NCBI RefSeq assembly: GCF_006345805.1
Contig: NC_043005.1
Span: 57,784,001-57,848,000 of the forward strand
Length of the DNA: 64,000 nucleotides
Reading direction: 5' to 3'
From: Octopus sinensis
Lineage: Eukaryota
Part shown: piece by piece, positions 26,942 through 40,699 of the stretch
Layout: each line of letters begins with the position of its first letter
Numbering within the stretch: position 1 is the stretch's first letter
Program-made: the position numbers and the translations under genes
Notes under the pieces: model-generated
Database searches by the model: none
Seen by the model: only the letters and a program-made list of their open reading frames with translations
What the model was told of the DNA's origin: nothing

Positions 26942-28151
26942 ATGACCAGAACCAACAGAATCGCCATGGTGAAATCCATAGCGGCGTGCGATAAGACTGG
27001 TCGCTGCTCTAAAATAGAACACTGCCCAGAAAATCACACCTGTCACATCTGTACGGAACCCGAAAATACGTTCCGTAATCGCTGGGTCGAATGTGGGACA
27101 TGTCTCATCTCTGTCTGCCTCCAATGTGCCACGGACTTTCAGAAGATCCCAGGCCAAAAAAAGAGCCATCATAATGCTATGATGGATAGACTCTGGAAGA
27201 TGGTTCAGCTTAAATCTTGGACTTTTCAGTGTCAGGCCTGCGTGCCTCCACAACCGACGATTGTGTCTCCCCCTGCCACTCCCGTGGAGGAGGCGGAACA
27301 GCAACAGCAGCAACAACAAAATCAACCACAACCAGAGCAGCACAACAACACAAGCAGCAGCAACAACTAGAGCAGCAGCAGCAGCAACAACAAAATCAAC
27401 CACAACCAGAGCAGCAGCAACAACAAAATCAACCACAACCAGAGCAGCAGCAACAACAACATCAACACAACACACAAACAACAAAATCAACCACAACCAG
27501 AGCAACAGCAGCAACAACAACACACAATTGACCAGTGCGGTTCTTGCAGAACTGCAACAATTGATCTGTGCTTTAAAAGGGGAAGTAGCAGGAAAAAAGC
27601 AACCATTCAGTTGGACTCCACATGAGGGGTCTTATCGGAATGCTCTGCTAAAGAACCTCCCTGTACCTGTACCTCTTGTCGCATTTAAGACCGCGGATTC
27701 TGCTACCCATGAAGTCATTGCCATTGGGGTGCCAGAAGACATGGCTGATCTTCAGGCTTTTGCTGCCAACTCAGCCAAAGACCTAGGCTGCGTTCCCCCA
27801 ACGGGTGCTATCCGCCTTGGACGACCTGGCCCAAAACCTAGGCTCATCAAGTTGTCTTTTACGGACCCCACTGAGGCAACCTCTTACCATCTGGCCTCAG
27901 TTAAAGCTGGGCGGGAAAATCGGACCACCTTCCGAACACGCCCAGGCTTACCGTCCGATGTACGTCCGAAGCTACGTGTAGTGGCTTCCCTGAATAGGAA
28001 CTCAGCTCTACAGGAAAGCTTCAGTCTTCGGGAAGATGGACAAATCTGGAGATTTGTCAAGACTGCTGAAACGGGGAAGAGAGATACCAGCTGGTCTGAG
28101 TGCTCTCTACCCACAATAACTAAAAAGACTACAGCAACTCAGGTAAACTAA
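26942..28151 (+). pseudogene. LINE ORF1 (N-terminal PHD finger, Gln-rich minisatellite, C-terminal domain), frame broken in the repeat
   Basis: CHIC...WVECGTC...CLQC...WTFQCQAC PHD-like Cys pattern; EQQQQQNQPQP repeats; C-terminal part continues in another frame. Confidence 0.75.
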
Positions 28152-28199
28152 GCCAGAACAACCTGCCATCCTCTACACACCATCATAAACTGCGAGCAG

Positions 28200-30970
28200 G
28201 GTACAAATTGTTGTCCTTAAATGCTCGCAGTTTATGCAACAAAATACATTTGTTCAACGCCTACGTCAGAAGTGTTGACCCTGACTTCATCACTGTCACG
28301 GAAACATGGGCGCATTCCTTACTCTGTGATGGGGTTTTCAACATTACGGGGTACAACCTCTTCCGTAAGGACCGCACTAACCGCCGTGGTGGTGGTGTGA
28401 TGGTCTACGTTCGTTCAAATTTTTTGGTAATTCCTTGTGCCGATTTGAACGAATCACAAAGAAGTTTTTTTCTGTGACGTGCGTATGACCATGTCAACAC
28501 TCCTGCTTGGCGTTGTTTATCGTCCCCAAGTTACCATCGGGACACAGCTTTGCAATGTCCTCCGAGCTGCTGCCAGGAAAACAGCCACTTATGTGTTTAT
28601 TGCAGGCGATTTCAATCATCCTGAGATCGATTGGGAGACCTTCCATTGGCCACAGAGTGCAAACGATTTTGTTGAGCTTGTGCTGGACTCAAACTGGTCA
28701 CAGTAGTCACCTCTCCTCTCCAACAAGAGGCGACAACACCTTGGACCTGCTCTTCACCACAACTCCTGAAGCGGTTATCAATTGCACTACTACGGAGGAA
28801 CCTCTAGGTGACTCTGATCATGCTATGATCATCGCCAATCTGGCTCTTGCGGGCAACAAAAACCTGAACCATCTCCAATCTGCTTCCTTCGATTGGAAGA
28901 GAGCAGATTGGAACCTGTACCACACGAACTACACAGCCCCAAACTGGCGTGAATTCTACAACTCTGGAGATGTGAATACTATATTCCAGAGTATCCTGGA
29001 CTCAATATGGGCAGCATGTGCAGCATCAGTGCCACGTAAACAAAAAAAGAAGAACCGCCCCAAAAGGGCAATTTGGGAAACTTCAGCGGTCCGACTTGCC
29101 AGGAGGGAACGTCGGACTACTGAACGGAATACAGGTTGCATAAATCAGACACCAACAGAAGAAGCGGAATAAATCCTCCAACCATCTCAAGCAAGTGACA
29201 AAAAAAGCAGTGCTTGAATTTGAACAGTGCATAGCAGCCAATCCTGACAGCAAGGTTTTCTGGAAATATGTGCACTCAAAGCAGAGACCTCACTCTCCAG
29301 TGGGCCCTCTTCGCAACCCTCACACAAACCAGATCACTGACGACCCCAAGGAATGCGCAGAACTCATTGCCGAGTGCTATGCAAACATATTCACTGTTGA
29401 AAGTCAAAATGTACCATCTTCACCATCACTAACAGCAAACTCCATAACAACTATGGAATTTACACCTGCAATGCTGCGACGTCACCTTCAAAATAAGCGC
29501 AACTATGCCTCCCCTGGTCTCGATGGAGTTACATACCTGCTTCTCAAACGTGGCAGGCACTTCCTTTTACACCAGCTTTCTATTTTCTTCCAGTACTGTC
29601 TCAACAATGGTGCTACTCCGGAGCAGTGGAAAACTGCCAGTGTCATTCCTCTGTTCAAAAAGGGTGACCGCACATCACCTGTCAACTATCGCCCAGTCAG
29701 TCTCACTAGCTGTATTGCAAAACTGATGGAATCGTGTGTCAGAGAAACACTCTGGAACTTCTGGAGCTCTCACAGTCTCATCCGACCCTCACAATATGGA
29801 TTTGTCCCTAACTCCAGCTGCAGTGACCAGCTTGTCGAGTTCCTTGAGGACATTATTCAGATTACTGACAGTGGCTCATGGGTGGATGTTGTCTACCTTG
29901 ACTTTGCTAAGGCTTTCAACTCTGTGCCACACAAAAGGCTTATGGTGAAACTCTCTGCAATGGGTGTGGGGGATGACCTTTTTAACTGGTTGAAATCCTT
30001 CATCCTCAGCCGAAAGGAGGTAGTCACAGTTCTAGGACAGCACTCTACACCATATGAGATGTCATCGGGTGTACCACAGGGATCTGTCCTTGGTCCCCTC
30101 TTGTTTGTGGCATACATTAACGACATAGATGCCAATTTAAAGAATGCCACAGTATTGAAATATGCAGACGACATCAAGCTGTACCTTGAAATCAAGAGGA
30201 CAGATCCTGATGTCTACAACTCTTTCCTGCAATCAGACCTAGACACAATGCAGCAATGGATCACAGACTGGCAACTGAAACTGGCTGTGGACAAGTGTAC
30301 CACCATCCATTTTGGGAGAAAAAACCCTGCGTTCACATACTCCCTCCACAACACTGATATCAAGAAATCCTCTTGCGAGCGTGACCTAGGCATCACTGTC
30401 AGCAGTGATTTGCGTTGGTCAAGCATATCTCTAAGATTGTCAGGAAGGCCGAGGGTGTCTTGGCATCACTCAGCAGGTCTTTTGTTAGCCGCTCTCCAGC
30501 CATCTATTTAAAACTGTATACAGCTATGGTACGACCACACTTGGAATTCGCATCATCAGTTTGGAACCCCTATCTTGCACAGAACATTGACCTCCTGGAA
30601 TCTGTCCAGAGACGTGCAACCAAACGCATACCCTCCATCAGACACCTACCATATTCTGAGCGCCTTGTTTCCCTGGGCATGGATTCACTGAAGCTCCGGC
30701 GTTTGGCGACGGACTTGGTAAACACCCACAAAGTTATCACCACCTCACCAACAACAACACTGAACACCTTTTTGATCTCCATGTGTCTAACACACGTGGA
30801 CATGCCTACAAAGTCAGAAAACAATACAGCTCCCATGACTTTCGGAAACATTTTTTCACGCTCAGAGTTGCTGAAGCATGGAATAAACTGCCTGCGTCAG
30901 TTGTTGACTGCCATGACACTGCATCTTTTAAGGCCCTCATGCTTTCCGAAATCCGCCGAAACTACACCTG
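28200..30970 (+). pseudogene. LINE ORF2 (APE endonuclease + reverse transcriptase), several frameshifts/stops
   Basis: LNARSL, TVTETW, AGDFNHP, LDLLFT, SDH; NYRPVSLTS, DFAKAFNSVPH, GVPQGSVLGPLLF, YADD, YTAMVRPHLEFASSVWNP. Confidence 0.95.
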
Positions 30971-32013
30971 ATTATATATACACTTTAGATGAGTTGTAGT
31001 GCACCTGAGCACTGTACACAATTATTATTATTATTATTATTATTATTATTTAATAGACCCCGAAAGGATGAAAGGCAAAGTCGACCTCGGTAGAATTTGA
31101 ACTCAGAACGTAGCGACAAACGAAATACCGCTAAGCATTTCGCCCGGTGTGCTAACGTTTCTGCCAGCTCACCGCCTTTTTACTTGGGAAGCGCCAGAGA
31201 TTTTGAAGATTGACCGTTGTTTCTTACGAAACAATAACCATGAATTTGTTATTTAATGCAAGCTAAGATTTTCTTAGACTTTAAGCAGTTTCATAATTCA
31301 AAAAGATCATAGGGTTAAAATCGAAGAAATAAACTGAAACAAATAGTAACTGAGTTATAGCAATTCTGTCGATATAGGATAAATTACATACAGTGTGTTT
31401 GGACTTATTTATTTTTGCTTCATCAATGATTTGATATTTTAACTTCTTTTAGTTTTTATTCTATTTTATTTTATTTTAACCCTGAATTGTTTTAAATTAT
31501 AATTCTTTTGATCATATTTTATCTTGCTTTCAATTTCAATGTTACTTCAATTTAAACCAATTTTAATTTTAATTTAGATTTTACTCTAATTTGATTTTTT
31601 TGTGTGTATATATGTGTATCAGCGTGCCTGTGATCATATGCGTGTGTATATATACTTCTATACACACAGGCACAAACACATACACACACACATAACGTGT
31701 GTATGTGTGTATGCATAAGTGAGTATATGCTGGTATATATACATTCACATACGCAGCTTAGAATATATCTCTGTTTTATGTCTGGCTATATAGATGTTTC
31801 CATTTATGTATGTGTAGATACATGCTTGCATTTGTACGTGAATATACAATTTGATACAAATTTTTTTTTTAGTGTGTATATATGTGTATATTTTTATACG
31901 CATATGATTCTAAGTTGAAAATGTATACCATTATGTCTATGTAAACGTACATGCGTCTCTCTCTCTCTTATATATGTGCGTGTGTGTGTGTGTGTCCATG
32001 TGTGTGTGTGTGC

Positions 32014-32051
<38 letters not shown>

Positions 32052-32096
32052 GTATATATTCGTATTTTTGTCTATGTGTGCGTGAATGTATATACG

Positions 32097-32127
<31 letters not shown>

Positions 32128-32509
32128 GCGTGTGCGCGCGCACACACAGAGACACACACACACCAAATACATATATGTAGCTTACAGATATGTGAATTTA
32201 TATGCATCTGATATCTTCTTCGTCTTATCTATTTTGAAATATGATTTTACAGATACATCTCATTTGTAATTAATCAGCATGTTTAAACTCTCTAACTAGC
32301 TGCCTGACTATTGAAGCTGAAATTAATCGGTCGCTTCGCTGAGCACAGTCCGTTAGATATGTTGACATCATCTGTTTATGCGAATTTATTAAGTCTCATT
32401 ATATCGTAAGTGGCTTTTGGGTTTTAGCCTTGCTTTTTATACTCATTACTATGTTATTAAAATATGGCACCAAAAGACGATAAAGGAACGACGGAAGAAC
32501 TGGAACAAA

Positions 32510-32558
<49 letters not shown>

Positions 32559-32901
32559 ACAACGAGCGCAGACATACTGAGTGTCTCATCTGTTATTGAC
32601 CAAATATCATTACAATTTCAACACTTTAGGATATATATATATATATATCACAACTACTTTATTATCTTCCCTTCTCCCTAGCTCTCTCGTGTGACCCTTC
32701 TGTCTGGCTTTCGCCATGATAGATCGCTAGCCACTACACATTCTTTATTTTCTCCCCTTGATTCTTTCTGTGTTCCTTTCTGTGGAAGAGCGTAGGCTTG
32801 AAACGTTAAAGACTTTTTCACTTCCTGAGCGTTATACTAATACATCTGTTTGTTGTCTACACCACCTGTCTACGTCTTTTGGGGGTTTTTTTGTGAATTC
32901 T

Positions 32902-32946
<45 letters not shown>

Positions 32947-33023
32947 CATACACACCAGTAATAGTGAGTGAGTTTTCATACGGTGAAAACGCTTTTGACG
33001 AAACAACATATTATATACAACTA

Positions 33024-33247
33024 TCTTCAAAATGTACATATGATTATTATTATTATTAATAATTATTATGTGGTTGTCAACGTTTGTGGGTGTTATTGAA
33101 ACGGTTGTAGGAGTAGCGAAGTTTTTTTAAATGTCTTCAAAATTTACATATGATTATTATTATTATTATTATTAATTATTATGTGGTTGTCAACGTTTGT
33201 GGGTGTTATTGAAACGATTGTAGGAGTAGTGAAGTTTTTTAAATGTC
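33024..33247. repeat. Tandem duplication of about 110 bp
   Basis: cttcaaaat.tacatatgattattattatt...gtggttgtcaacgtttgtgggtgttattgaaacg...tttaaatgt twice. Confidence 0.85.
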
Positions 33248-33446
33248 AATGATATTACTTGTTTTTAACTTATTTTCTCCTATGATTTGCTCTTGGCGTT
33301 TTTCATGGCCAATAATAAACTTTATGCAAAATAACACTTGCTATAGCATTGAAGTAATGAAAATTTTGAATTTAACGAAATATTAAAATTTCAGTTCCAA
33401 AATCTGTGGATATTTCCCCCGAGCTCAAGCAGCTGTTCAGTATTTT

Positions 33447-33493
<47 letters not shown>

Positions 33494-33558
33494 TGTAAAT
33501 GACATTGCGGCAAAAAATAAACAAACATAGATTTTGTCGTTTAGTCAATAATTCTTAT

Positions 33559-33591
<33 letters not shown>

Positions 33592-33593
33592 TA

Positions 33594-33636
<43 letters not shown>

Positions 33637-33661
33637 GAGAGAGAGAGAGAGAGCGAGAGAG

Positions 33662-33789
<128 letters not shown>

Positions 33790-34187
33790 GGATGGATTCT
33801 ATTTGCGTGCACCTTGAGTAGGTGTAGATGCAGGTATAGCCGAATGGTAAAGAAGTTGTATTTACAATCACGAGTATTTTGGCTAGATTCTACAGCCTGG
33901 CATTTTACGTATGTATATTCTTATTTCTTTATTGCCCACAAGGTGCTAAACATAGAGGGGACAAACAAGGACAGACAAAAGGATTAAGCCGATTACATCG
34001 ATCCCAGTGCATAACTGGTGTTTATTTAATAGATCCCGAAAGGATGAAAGGCAAAGTCGACCTCGGTAGAATTTGAACTCAGAACGTAGCGGCAGACGAA
34101 ATACCGCTAAGCATTTCGCCCAGTGTGCTAACGTTTCTGCCAGCTCGCTGCCTTAAAGTGTATTCTGCCACGGTCTTTGTTACATAC

Positions 34188-34257
34188 CTGGTGTACCAGC
34201 AATGAACTTCTGCTGAGCCAAGTCAATAGCACCCATCAATACTCTTGTGTAACATTC
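34188..34257 (-). CDS. XPNPEP2: XPNPEP2-like exon
   Basis: taatag|...|gtatgt; 70 nt; ECYTRVLMGAIDLAQQKFIAGTP(G). Confidence 0.95.
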
Positions 34258-35412
34258 CTATTATTTGGAAATAAAAAAAAAACGTACTGGTTAGGACATC
34301 TTTTCTAGAAAAATGTAAACACACACGCGCGCACACCTATCTATGTGTACATTTACGTTTACAAACTAAACTTGCACTCAAAGTCTCATGTAGGAAGCAA
34401 TTCTGATTCTCTCCATTGTTGCTCAGTTTCACATCTTATACAAATATACCCGTTGAGGCAATATTAGGATAGTAGATGAAGTAGTGTATCTGCTACTTAC
34501 CAGTTAGGCTGATTGTTATTGACCTAAGCGGTCAGATTGTTGGATGTATAGCTTTCCAAAATGCCATTATTGCTAGTTGGATTGTTATAGAACAAGGAGG
34601 AAAAGTCACGAACGTCATTGAATTTTTCGGCCGTGGATTTGAAAAGGCAGGCAGTGGATTTCGACTTTAAGGAAGTTATCTCTATTAATACTTCAGTTCT
34701 CCAGTTAAGTGATCTTGCTGGCTATTTTAATATATTTTTATAATCTGCAGTTTCAGAATCCATTCAAATATGAAACTGTTTCGTCGATATTGCTCCATGT
34801 TACCGGAGTATCTTCCACGCCATAGTCCCACAGTTTCCAAACGAATTTGGACAAGAATGTGGAGTTTTTCCTGTTCCTTTGTATGAATCAATTTAGATGA
34901 TGGCAATATCGGTTTTTGAATGTATTTACAGTCAGTCAAAAACCATGTTCGTGTCCTTTCAATATTGTTTTGTCAATTTCCTCTCCGGTTCGAAATGTAA
35001 GTTAACCCTTTAGCAATCAGATTATTCTGTTAAATGCAATGCTTATCTATTCACCTTAAAAAAGATCATATTAAATAATGTGGTTCTAAGTTTCCCTTTT
35101 GTAGGAAAAGACGGTATGGTCAAGGGCGGAATGCATTTGACTATAGTTTTGCTCATTTAGGATCGATCTGGAACTAAACATCATATAGGGTTGATCACAA
35201 ACTAAACTAACAGGCTTATATGGCAAAGTTTACTTGTTTTGACCACAGTTATACTACAATGCAGTATCTGTTACTAGATTCAAACCATATATACTGTTGG
35301 CCAGTAGTCTTATTCTTTATAGACTCGACCAGCGAGTAAAATGGCAAACAAAATGATGGAAGCTAAAGAAAGAAGCAAATAATGAAGAAATAACAAAAAC
35401 ATAACAGCTTAC

Positions 35413-35473
35413 TCTTTCGTAACGTGTTGGTTCTCCAAAATGAAATGTTCTTGTCACATCTGTGGTACCATCT
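35413..35473 (-). CDS. XPNPEP2: XPNPEP2-like exon (second metal-ligand Asp)
   Basis: tcgcag|...|gtaagc; 61 nt; DGTTDVTRTFHFGEPTRYER. Confidence 0.97.
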
Positions 35474-35547
35474 CTGCGAAAAATGAGATTAAATAAATAT
35501 TTAAACAGTGAATGAATGAGAAATTTTGTTTCATTATTTGCAAGGTT

Positions 35548-35990
35548 AGCTGAAACTTACAGTGCTCTTGGAGGAACGTATTGTATAAAACCAATGAGTG
35601 GAAACGCAAAAAGCATCAGGAACTGGTAGAGAAATGCTGGGACAGAAGCTGGGAGACGCACTATGAACCTATAGCTGACGGTTGTAAAGTCTTTGGAGGA
35701 CGATCACTCAGCATAGTTCTCAGCTGGTTGGAGTGTACAGAAGAGGCAAAAAAGAGTGGCGTTCAGTCTGCGAGCGAAGCCATAATGCAAGCACCTTGGT
35801 GGATTTGGATTAAGAGAGCTGATCCGTGAGTAGTTTTAGAGTGCAGGTTTGGCAGAGTGTGTGTGTGTGGGGGGGTGATCAAACTCGAATGGGGAGAAAC
35901 TGGATGACAGTGTCTGATACTGAACAACACAAAACCCGCAATGATTCCCAAGTTACATGAGAGATGAGACATTTCAGCTCGTCCAAGAAA
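35548..35990 (+). mobile_element. HERO-clade (restriction-like endonuclease) non-LTR retrotransposon 3' fragment
   Basis: KLTVLLEERI...KRKKHQELVEKC...WETHYEPI..GC..FGGRSL...WIWIKRADP matches the ELTVPWEE...KY.EL...C...GW....P.EVGCRGF...WLW.KR C-terminus. Confidence 0.75.
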
Positions 35991-36407
35991 TGAGACTTTG
36001 CACATGGCAGAGATGGGAAATATTGATGCTTGAAAATCTCCAATGGACATCAGACTGTCAATCATTTAAATCTGATACAGACACAAACTAAACTTCGTAA
36101 TGACTATGGGAAATTACTTAGGGTCAACATCCACTTGAAATAATTATTTCAAACTTTGCTACAAGGGCAGCTTGGGGGAGGTGGATATGAGTCGATTACA
36201 TCGACCTCAGTGTTCTAGTTGACTGGTACTTATTTTATTAATCTCGAAAGGATGAAGGGCAAGGTCGACCTCGGCGGAATTTGAACTCAGAACGTAGCGA
36301 CGGGCGAAATACTGCTAAGCATTGCGTTCAGTATGCTAACGATTCTGCTAGCTTGCCGCCTTAATCCACTTGAAACAATAGTTAAATGAGTACTAACATA
36401 ATGTAGG

Positions 36408-36726
36408 GTAAAGACCTCTTCGGTCAAGAATGACTATGGGATTGCATCTAAAAAGTTACCCTTTGATGCGCAAGTCCGGGCAAGGTTTTATGGAAGACCA
36501 GCAGGCCCATGCATACCAGCCTCCTCTCTCCATGCCACCGTGTTATCCAAGCAAAAAGCAAAGGCCGATACAACTTGGCATCAGTGGCGTCGCATCTCAT
36601 TTCTACAGCCGAGTGAACTGGAGCAATGTGAAATAAAGTGCATAACATACAGCCCGGTCCGGGAAACGAACTTTCTGTCTCATGAATGTGAGTCCGACGC
36701 TCTAACCACTGAGCCATGCACCTTCA
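36408..36726 (-). mobile_element. tRNA-derived SINE family D with 15-bp TSD (taacataatgtaggg); another copy at 56859-57195 with TSD cccgaatgctaaag; partial at about 5320-5570
   Basis: Head (minus) gaaggtgcatggctcagtggttagagcg; CORE-like ...ttcacattgctccagttcactc domain; TSDs read directly. Confidence 0.85.
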
Positions 36727-37210
36727 TAACATAATGTAGGGGATAAAACATTTTCAATTAATTAAATTTAACAACTGAATGGAATGGAACAACACTTCTT
36801 TAGTGATAAAATTAAGTCGCTTTAATGTGTGATCGGCATCATATATCATATACAAACTAATAAACTTCAGTTCTGAACTATTGTGGTGGTGTCAATGGAA
36901 ATATTGGAGAAGAATCTTCAACATGAAAAAAACAAATGTTATAAAGCAGTTAAGCTCAGTTATTATTTAAATGAGTGCTAACTGGACCCCACAAAATTAA
37001 CCCACTGTTGCAATGAGAGGGGGTAATGATAGGTTAAATAACTAGTGTTAAATACATCTGGGTAAAGGGGTTACACCTCTATGAATTTATTATTTCAAAT
37101 TTGTATTACACGTGCAGCATAATGGCGAAAACATAAGCTCGATGACTAATCTGATCTTCACTATGCACTGTAATAACCCTAGACATGTGTTGATGTTAAT
37201 CTTCCTGAGT

Positions 37211-37614
37211 AAGGCGGCGAGCTGGCAGATTCGTTACCCCCGCTTGGTAAAATGCTTAACGGTATTTCGTCTGCCGTTACGTTCTGAGTTCAAATTCCGC
37301 CGAGGTCGACTTTGCCTTTCATCCTTTCGGGGCCGATAAATTAAGTACCAGTTACGCACTGGGATCGATGTAATCGACTTAATCCGTCTGTCTGTCCTTG
37401 TTCGTCCCCTCTGTGTTTAGCCCCTTGTGGGTAGTAAAAAATAGGTATTTCGTCTGTCTTTATATTCTGAGTTTAAATTCCGCCCAAGTCGACTTTGCCT
37501 TTCATCCTTTCGCTATCGATAAATTGGATACCAGTTGCGTACTGGGGTCGATTTAATCGACTGGACCCCTCCTCCAAAATTTCGGGCCTTGTGCCCAGAG
37601 TAGAAAAGATTATT
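37211..37614 (+). mobile_element. Dimeric SINE-A (full unit plus 5'-truncated unit with a different tail); inverted dimeric copy at 41667-42050
   Basis: Junction ...gtagtaaa(g)aaataggtatttcgtctg... in both copies; ttaatcttcct TSD-like flanks. Confidence 0.8.
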
Positions 37615-38534
37615 AATCTTCCTCGATGAAACAAAGCCTTTTTCATTACTTGCTTGACTTAGGGACAGAGGATTTTTATATTAATATACAAGAAATATAC
37701 TAGTTAGCGTGACATAAAATAATTTAGGGAAGTCATCTTCACTGCACGTGGAGGGGCATGGCTTAGTGTTTAGGGTGTTGGACTCATGATCGTAAGAATG
37801 TGGTTTCAGTTCCAGGGCTGGGAGATGCGTTGTCCTCTTGACCAAAATACTTGATTTTATGTTGCTTCAGTCCACTCAGCTGGTAAAAATGAGTGATCCT
37901 GCAACGGACCGGCGTCCGTCAAGGGCAGGAATATAATATAATATATATTATATATACGCCAAATAAACCGGCCCCGTGTCCGTTAAGGGTATGCCGGTCT
38001 GTGGAGTGTTCAGCCACCTGCACATTAATTTCACGTTCCGTTGATCGGATCAACTGGAACACTCGTCGTCATAACCGATGGATCGCCAATTTATACAGGA
38101 TGCTCACAAAGCCTTGACCACTGGCACCTGTGTAAAACTTGATCTTAAAACTCAAACAATTGGAACAGATATTGAAAGGCATCTTGTCCCATGCTCTAAT
38201 TTTGCCAAGTGGCACTCTGTCAACTGATACCTAAAGGATAAACGACAAAGTTGTTATCGATGGGATCCGTACTTTTAGTAAAGAGTTCCAGAATGAATAC
38301 CAACGCTCTAAAAACTTCGCCAATTCATGGTCTGGAAAGAGGTTGATTATACTCTTATCAACAAACCATCTCAGTATATTTAAACTTTTAATCAACTGGT
38401 TTTTTTCATTTTCTTTCTTTCTTTCTTTTTTTTTTTTTTGCTGTGTTTCGACGAAGGGTCATATCCCTCAAGTTGGGCTTGATGCCGTTAATGTTCCCCC
38501 TGAACCGTTGCAAGTCAACACCTGTAGAAATATA

Positions 38535-38745
38535 TGAATGAGCAGGGAGGGAATTCCGGAAAGAAAAATGTTCTGGGAGGGAAGAACTGAGTGTCGTAAT
38601 TAGTCAAGGCCCCAGCATACTGGACAATAGGATGATGAGAAGATGAGATGCGAGATGGGAATACTTGAGTGGAGGCGGTTTGAATATACAGAACTCCGAG
38701 AAGAGTCTATTATAGAACCAGTAGAAGGAAAAGATGGATATCTAT
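38535..38745 (-). mobile_element. CR1-like LINE 3' fragment (similar piece at about 41150-41420)
   Basis: Minus strand resembles the SH.F.V.....T..Y..SF.PRT..LWNSLP RT C-terminus. Confidence 0.4.
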
Positions 38746-39006
38746 CTATCTATCTATCTTTACATATATATATATATATTTCTTTACTACCCACAAGGGG
38801 CTAAACACAGAGGGGATAAACAAGGACAGACAAACGGATTAAGACGATTATATCGACCACAGTGCGTAACTGGTACTTAATTTATCGACCCCGAAAGGAT
38901 GAAAGGCAAAGTCGACCTCGGCGGAATTTGAACTCAGAACGTAACGGCAGACGAAATACGGCTACGCATTTCGCCCGGCGTGCTAACGTTTCTGCCAGCT
39001 CGCCGC

Positions 39007-39049
<43 letters not shown>

Positions 39050-39067
39050 ATATATGTGTGTGTGTGT

Positions 39068-39119
<52 letters not shown>

Positions 39120-39563
39120 CAGAGAGAGAGAGAGAAGGAGAAGGTACGAGTTTTTGAGTCGATGCTGCAACCTGTCAAATGGTAGGTGGAGTGGAGCAGA
39201 CGCCAGAGCAAAGTACTCTATTCTAGACCTCACTTGATATATTACATTATTTTATTCTTTTGTTTCTGTTATTGGACTGCAGCCATACCATACGTGTTTA
39301 GTCGATCAAATTGACCTCAGTTCTTATTTTTCAATGCCGAACTGCTAGATTATGGGGATGTAAACACAATCGCACCGTTGACCAACAATGATAGACAAGA
39401 ACAAAACATATACATACATACATACATGTGTGTGATTGTGAATATGTGCGTGCGCGTGTGTGTAATGAGCTTCCACCCAATTTCCCTGTAGCAAATCAGG
39501 TAGGCCCAAAGTAAAATTTCTTAACAGCACAACTATGAAGAAACGAATGAAGATTTCACTTAC

Positions 39564-39713
39564 AAATACTGGCCACCAGAATCCAGCAGATAAATATCCT
39601 TGGTGGTAATTTCTCGATTAGTGACGTTGTTTGCGCGGTAATGAATTATGGCACCGTTTGGGCCAGATCCTGAAATACTGTCAAAACTCAAACCGCGGTT
39701 GTATTTTTGCTTA
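39564..39713 (-). CDS. XPNPEP2: XPNPEP2-like exon (first metal-ligand Asp)
   Basis: tttcag|...|gtaagt; 150 nt; KQKYNRGLSFDSISGSGPNGAIIHYRANNVTNREITTKDIYLLDSGGQY(L). Confidence 0.97.
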
Positions 39714-40699
39714 CTGAAATGAGAAAAATGTATTCAGTTTCAGATAGTGTTTAATACAGATAACATAACAAATAACACAAGTCCACTAGAGACTAAGCGT
39801 CAATGCAATTACTCAAACTGCTAGTAATAGCAACCAAATCTCCTTTAAATGATACTGCCTAATATATACAGATGACAATGCCTGCTCATATAAAAGATTT
39901 TTAAAAAATTAATTTGAATTTTTCAGGTTCGAATAAAAAAAAATATTGTTCGTCTATTTTTTGACTGGTGTTAGGAAGGGCATCCAGCCACAGAAACCAT
40001 GCTAAACACTGGAAAGTACATGTGGGACATAGTCCTCTCACCCGTCTTAAAGGTTAGTAACTCCGAATAAGACTTGACTGAAACAACGACGAGCCATCTA
40101 CCTAAAGCCGTTGTTCAATGAGTCGAAGAAGCCACGAGCCAGCGAAGGAAATTCTACATAGACAGACGCTTGGCCTGGTAGAGAGAGTCGCCAGTTCTCC
40201 AACTAATCACGCTTGTCGTAAAAACATAACATGATACATTAGATGATATAATCCTAGCTACCTTTAAAAAGATAGACAGATCGTGCATGAAATTCCACTA
40301 ATAATTGATTTGCACAATAAAATCTGACTTATAGGCTAAACGACAACAAACATGTCCTCAAGAGAGTAAGCATCTATGCAGTTACCCAAACTGCTAGTAA
40401 TAGCAGCCAAATTCCCCCTTAAATGAGACACTACTGTCTTAAATAAGGAAGTTCATATTGGAATAATATAATAATATTGTCTCGGATAAAGCAATATAAA
40501 TGGGATGGTTATGGCTGGAACGTCTCTATTCATACGTCGTTTAGTCAGAGCTAACTTGGAGTTAATGAACAACGACAGGATATAAACAATGGTTTCTTAC
40601 TATCTTCTACCCATCCGTCTTAGAGACTCTGTAGTACGGCAGCAGCTATTTCCCCTCTGACAAATCTGTAAAATTTAAATCTTAACAATTATTATTTAC

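Larger units (their letters stand above)
26495..31050 (+). mobile_element. Near-full-length CR1-clade LINE, antisense within the XPNPEP2-like intron
   Basis: 5' leader, ORF1, APE-RT ORF2 and (ATT)n tail at 31021-31050; limits set by the interrupted SINE halves (26410-26494 and about 31048-31178). Confidence 0.9.
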
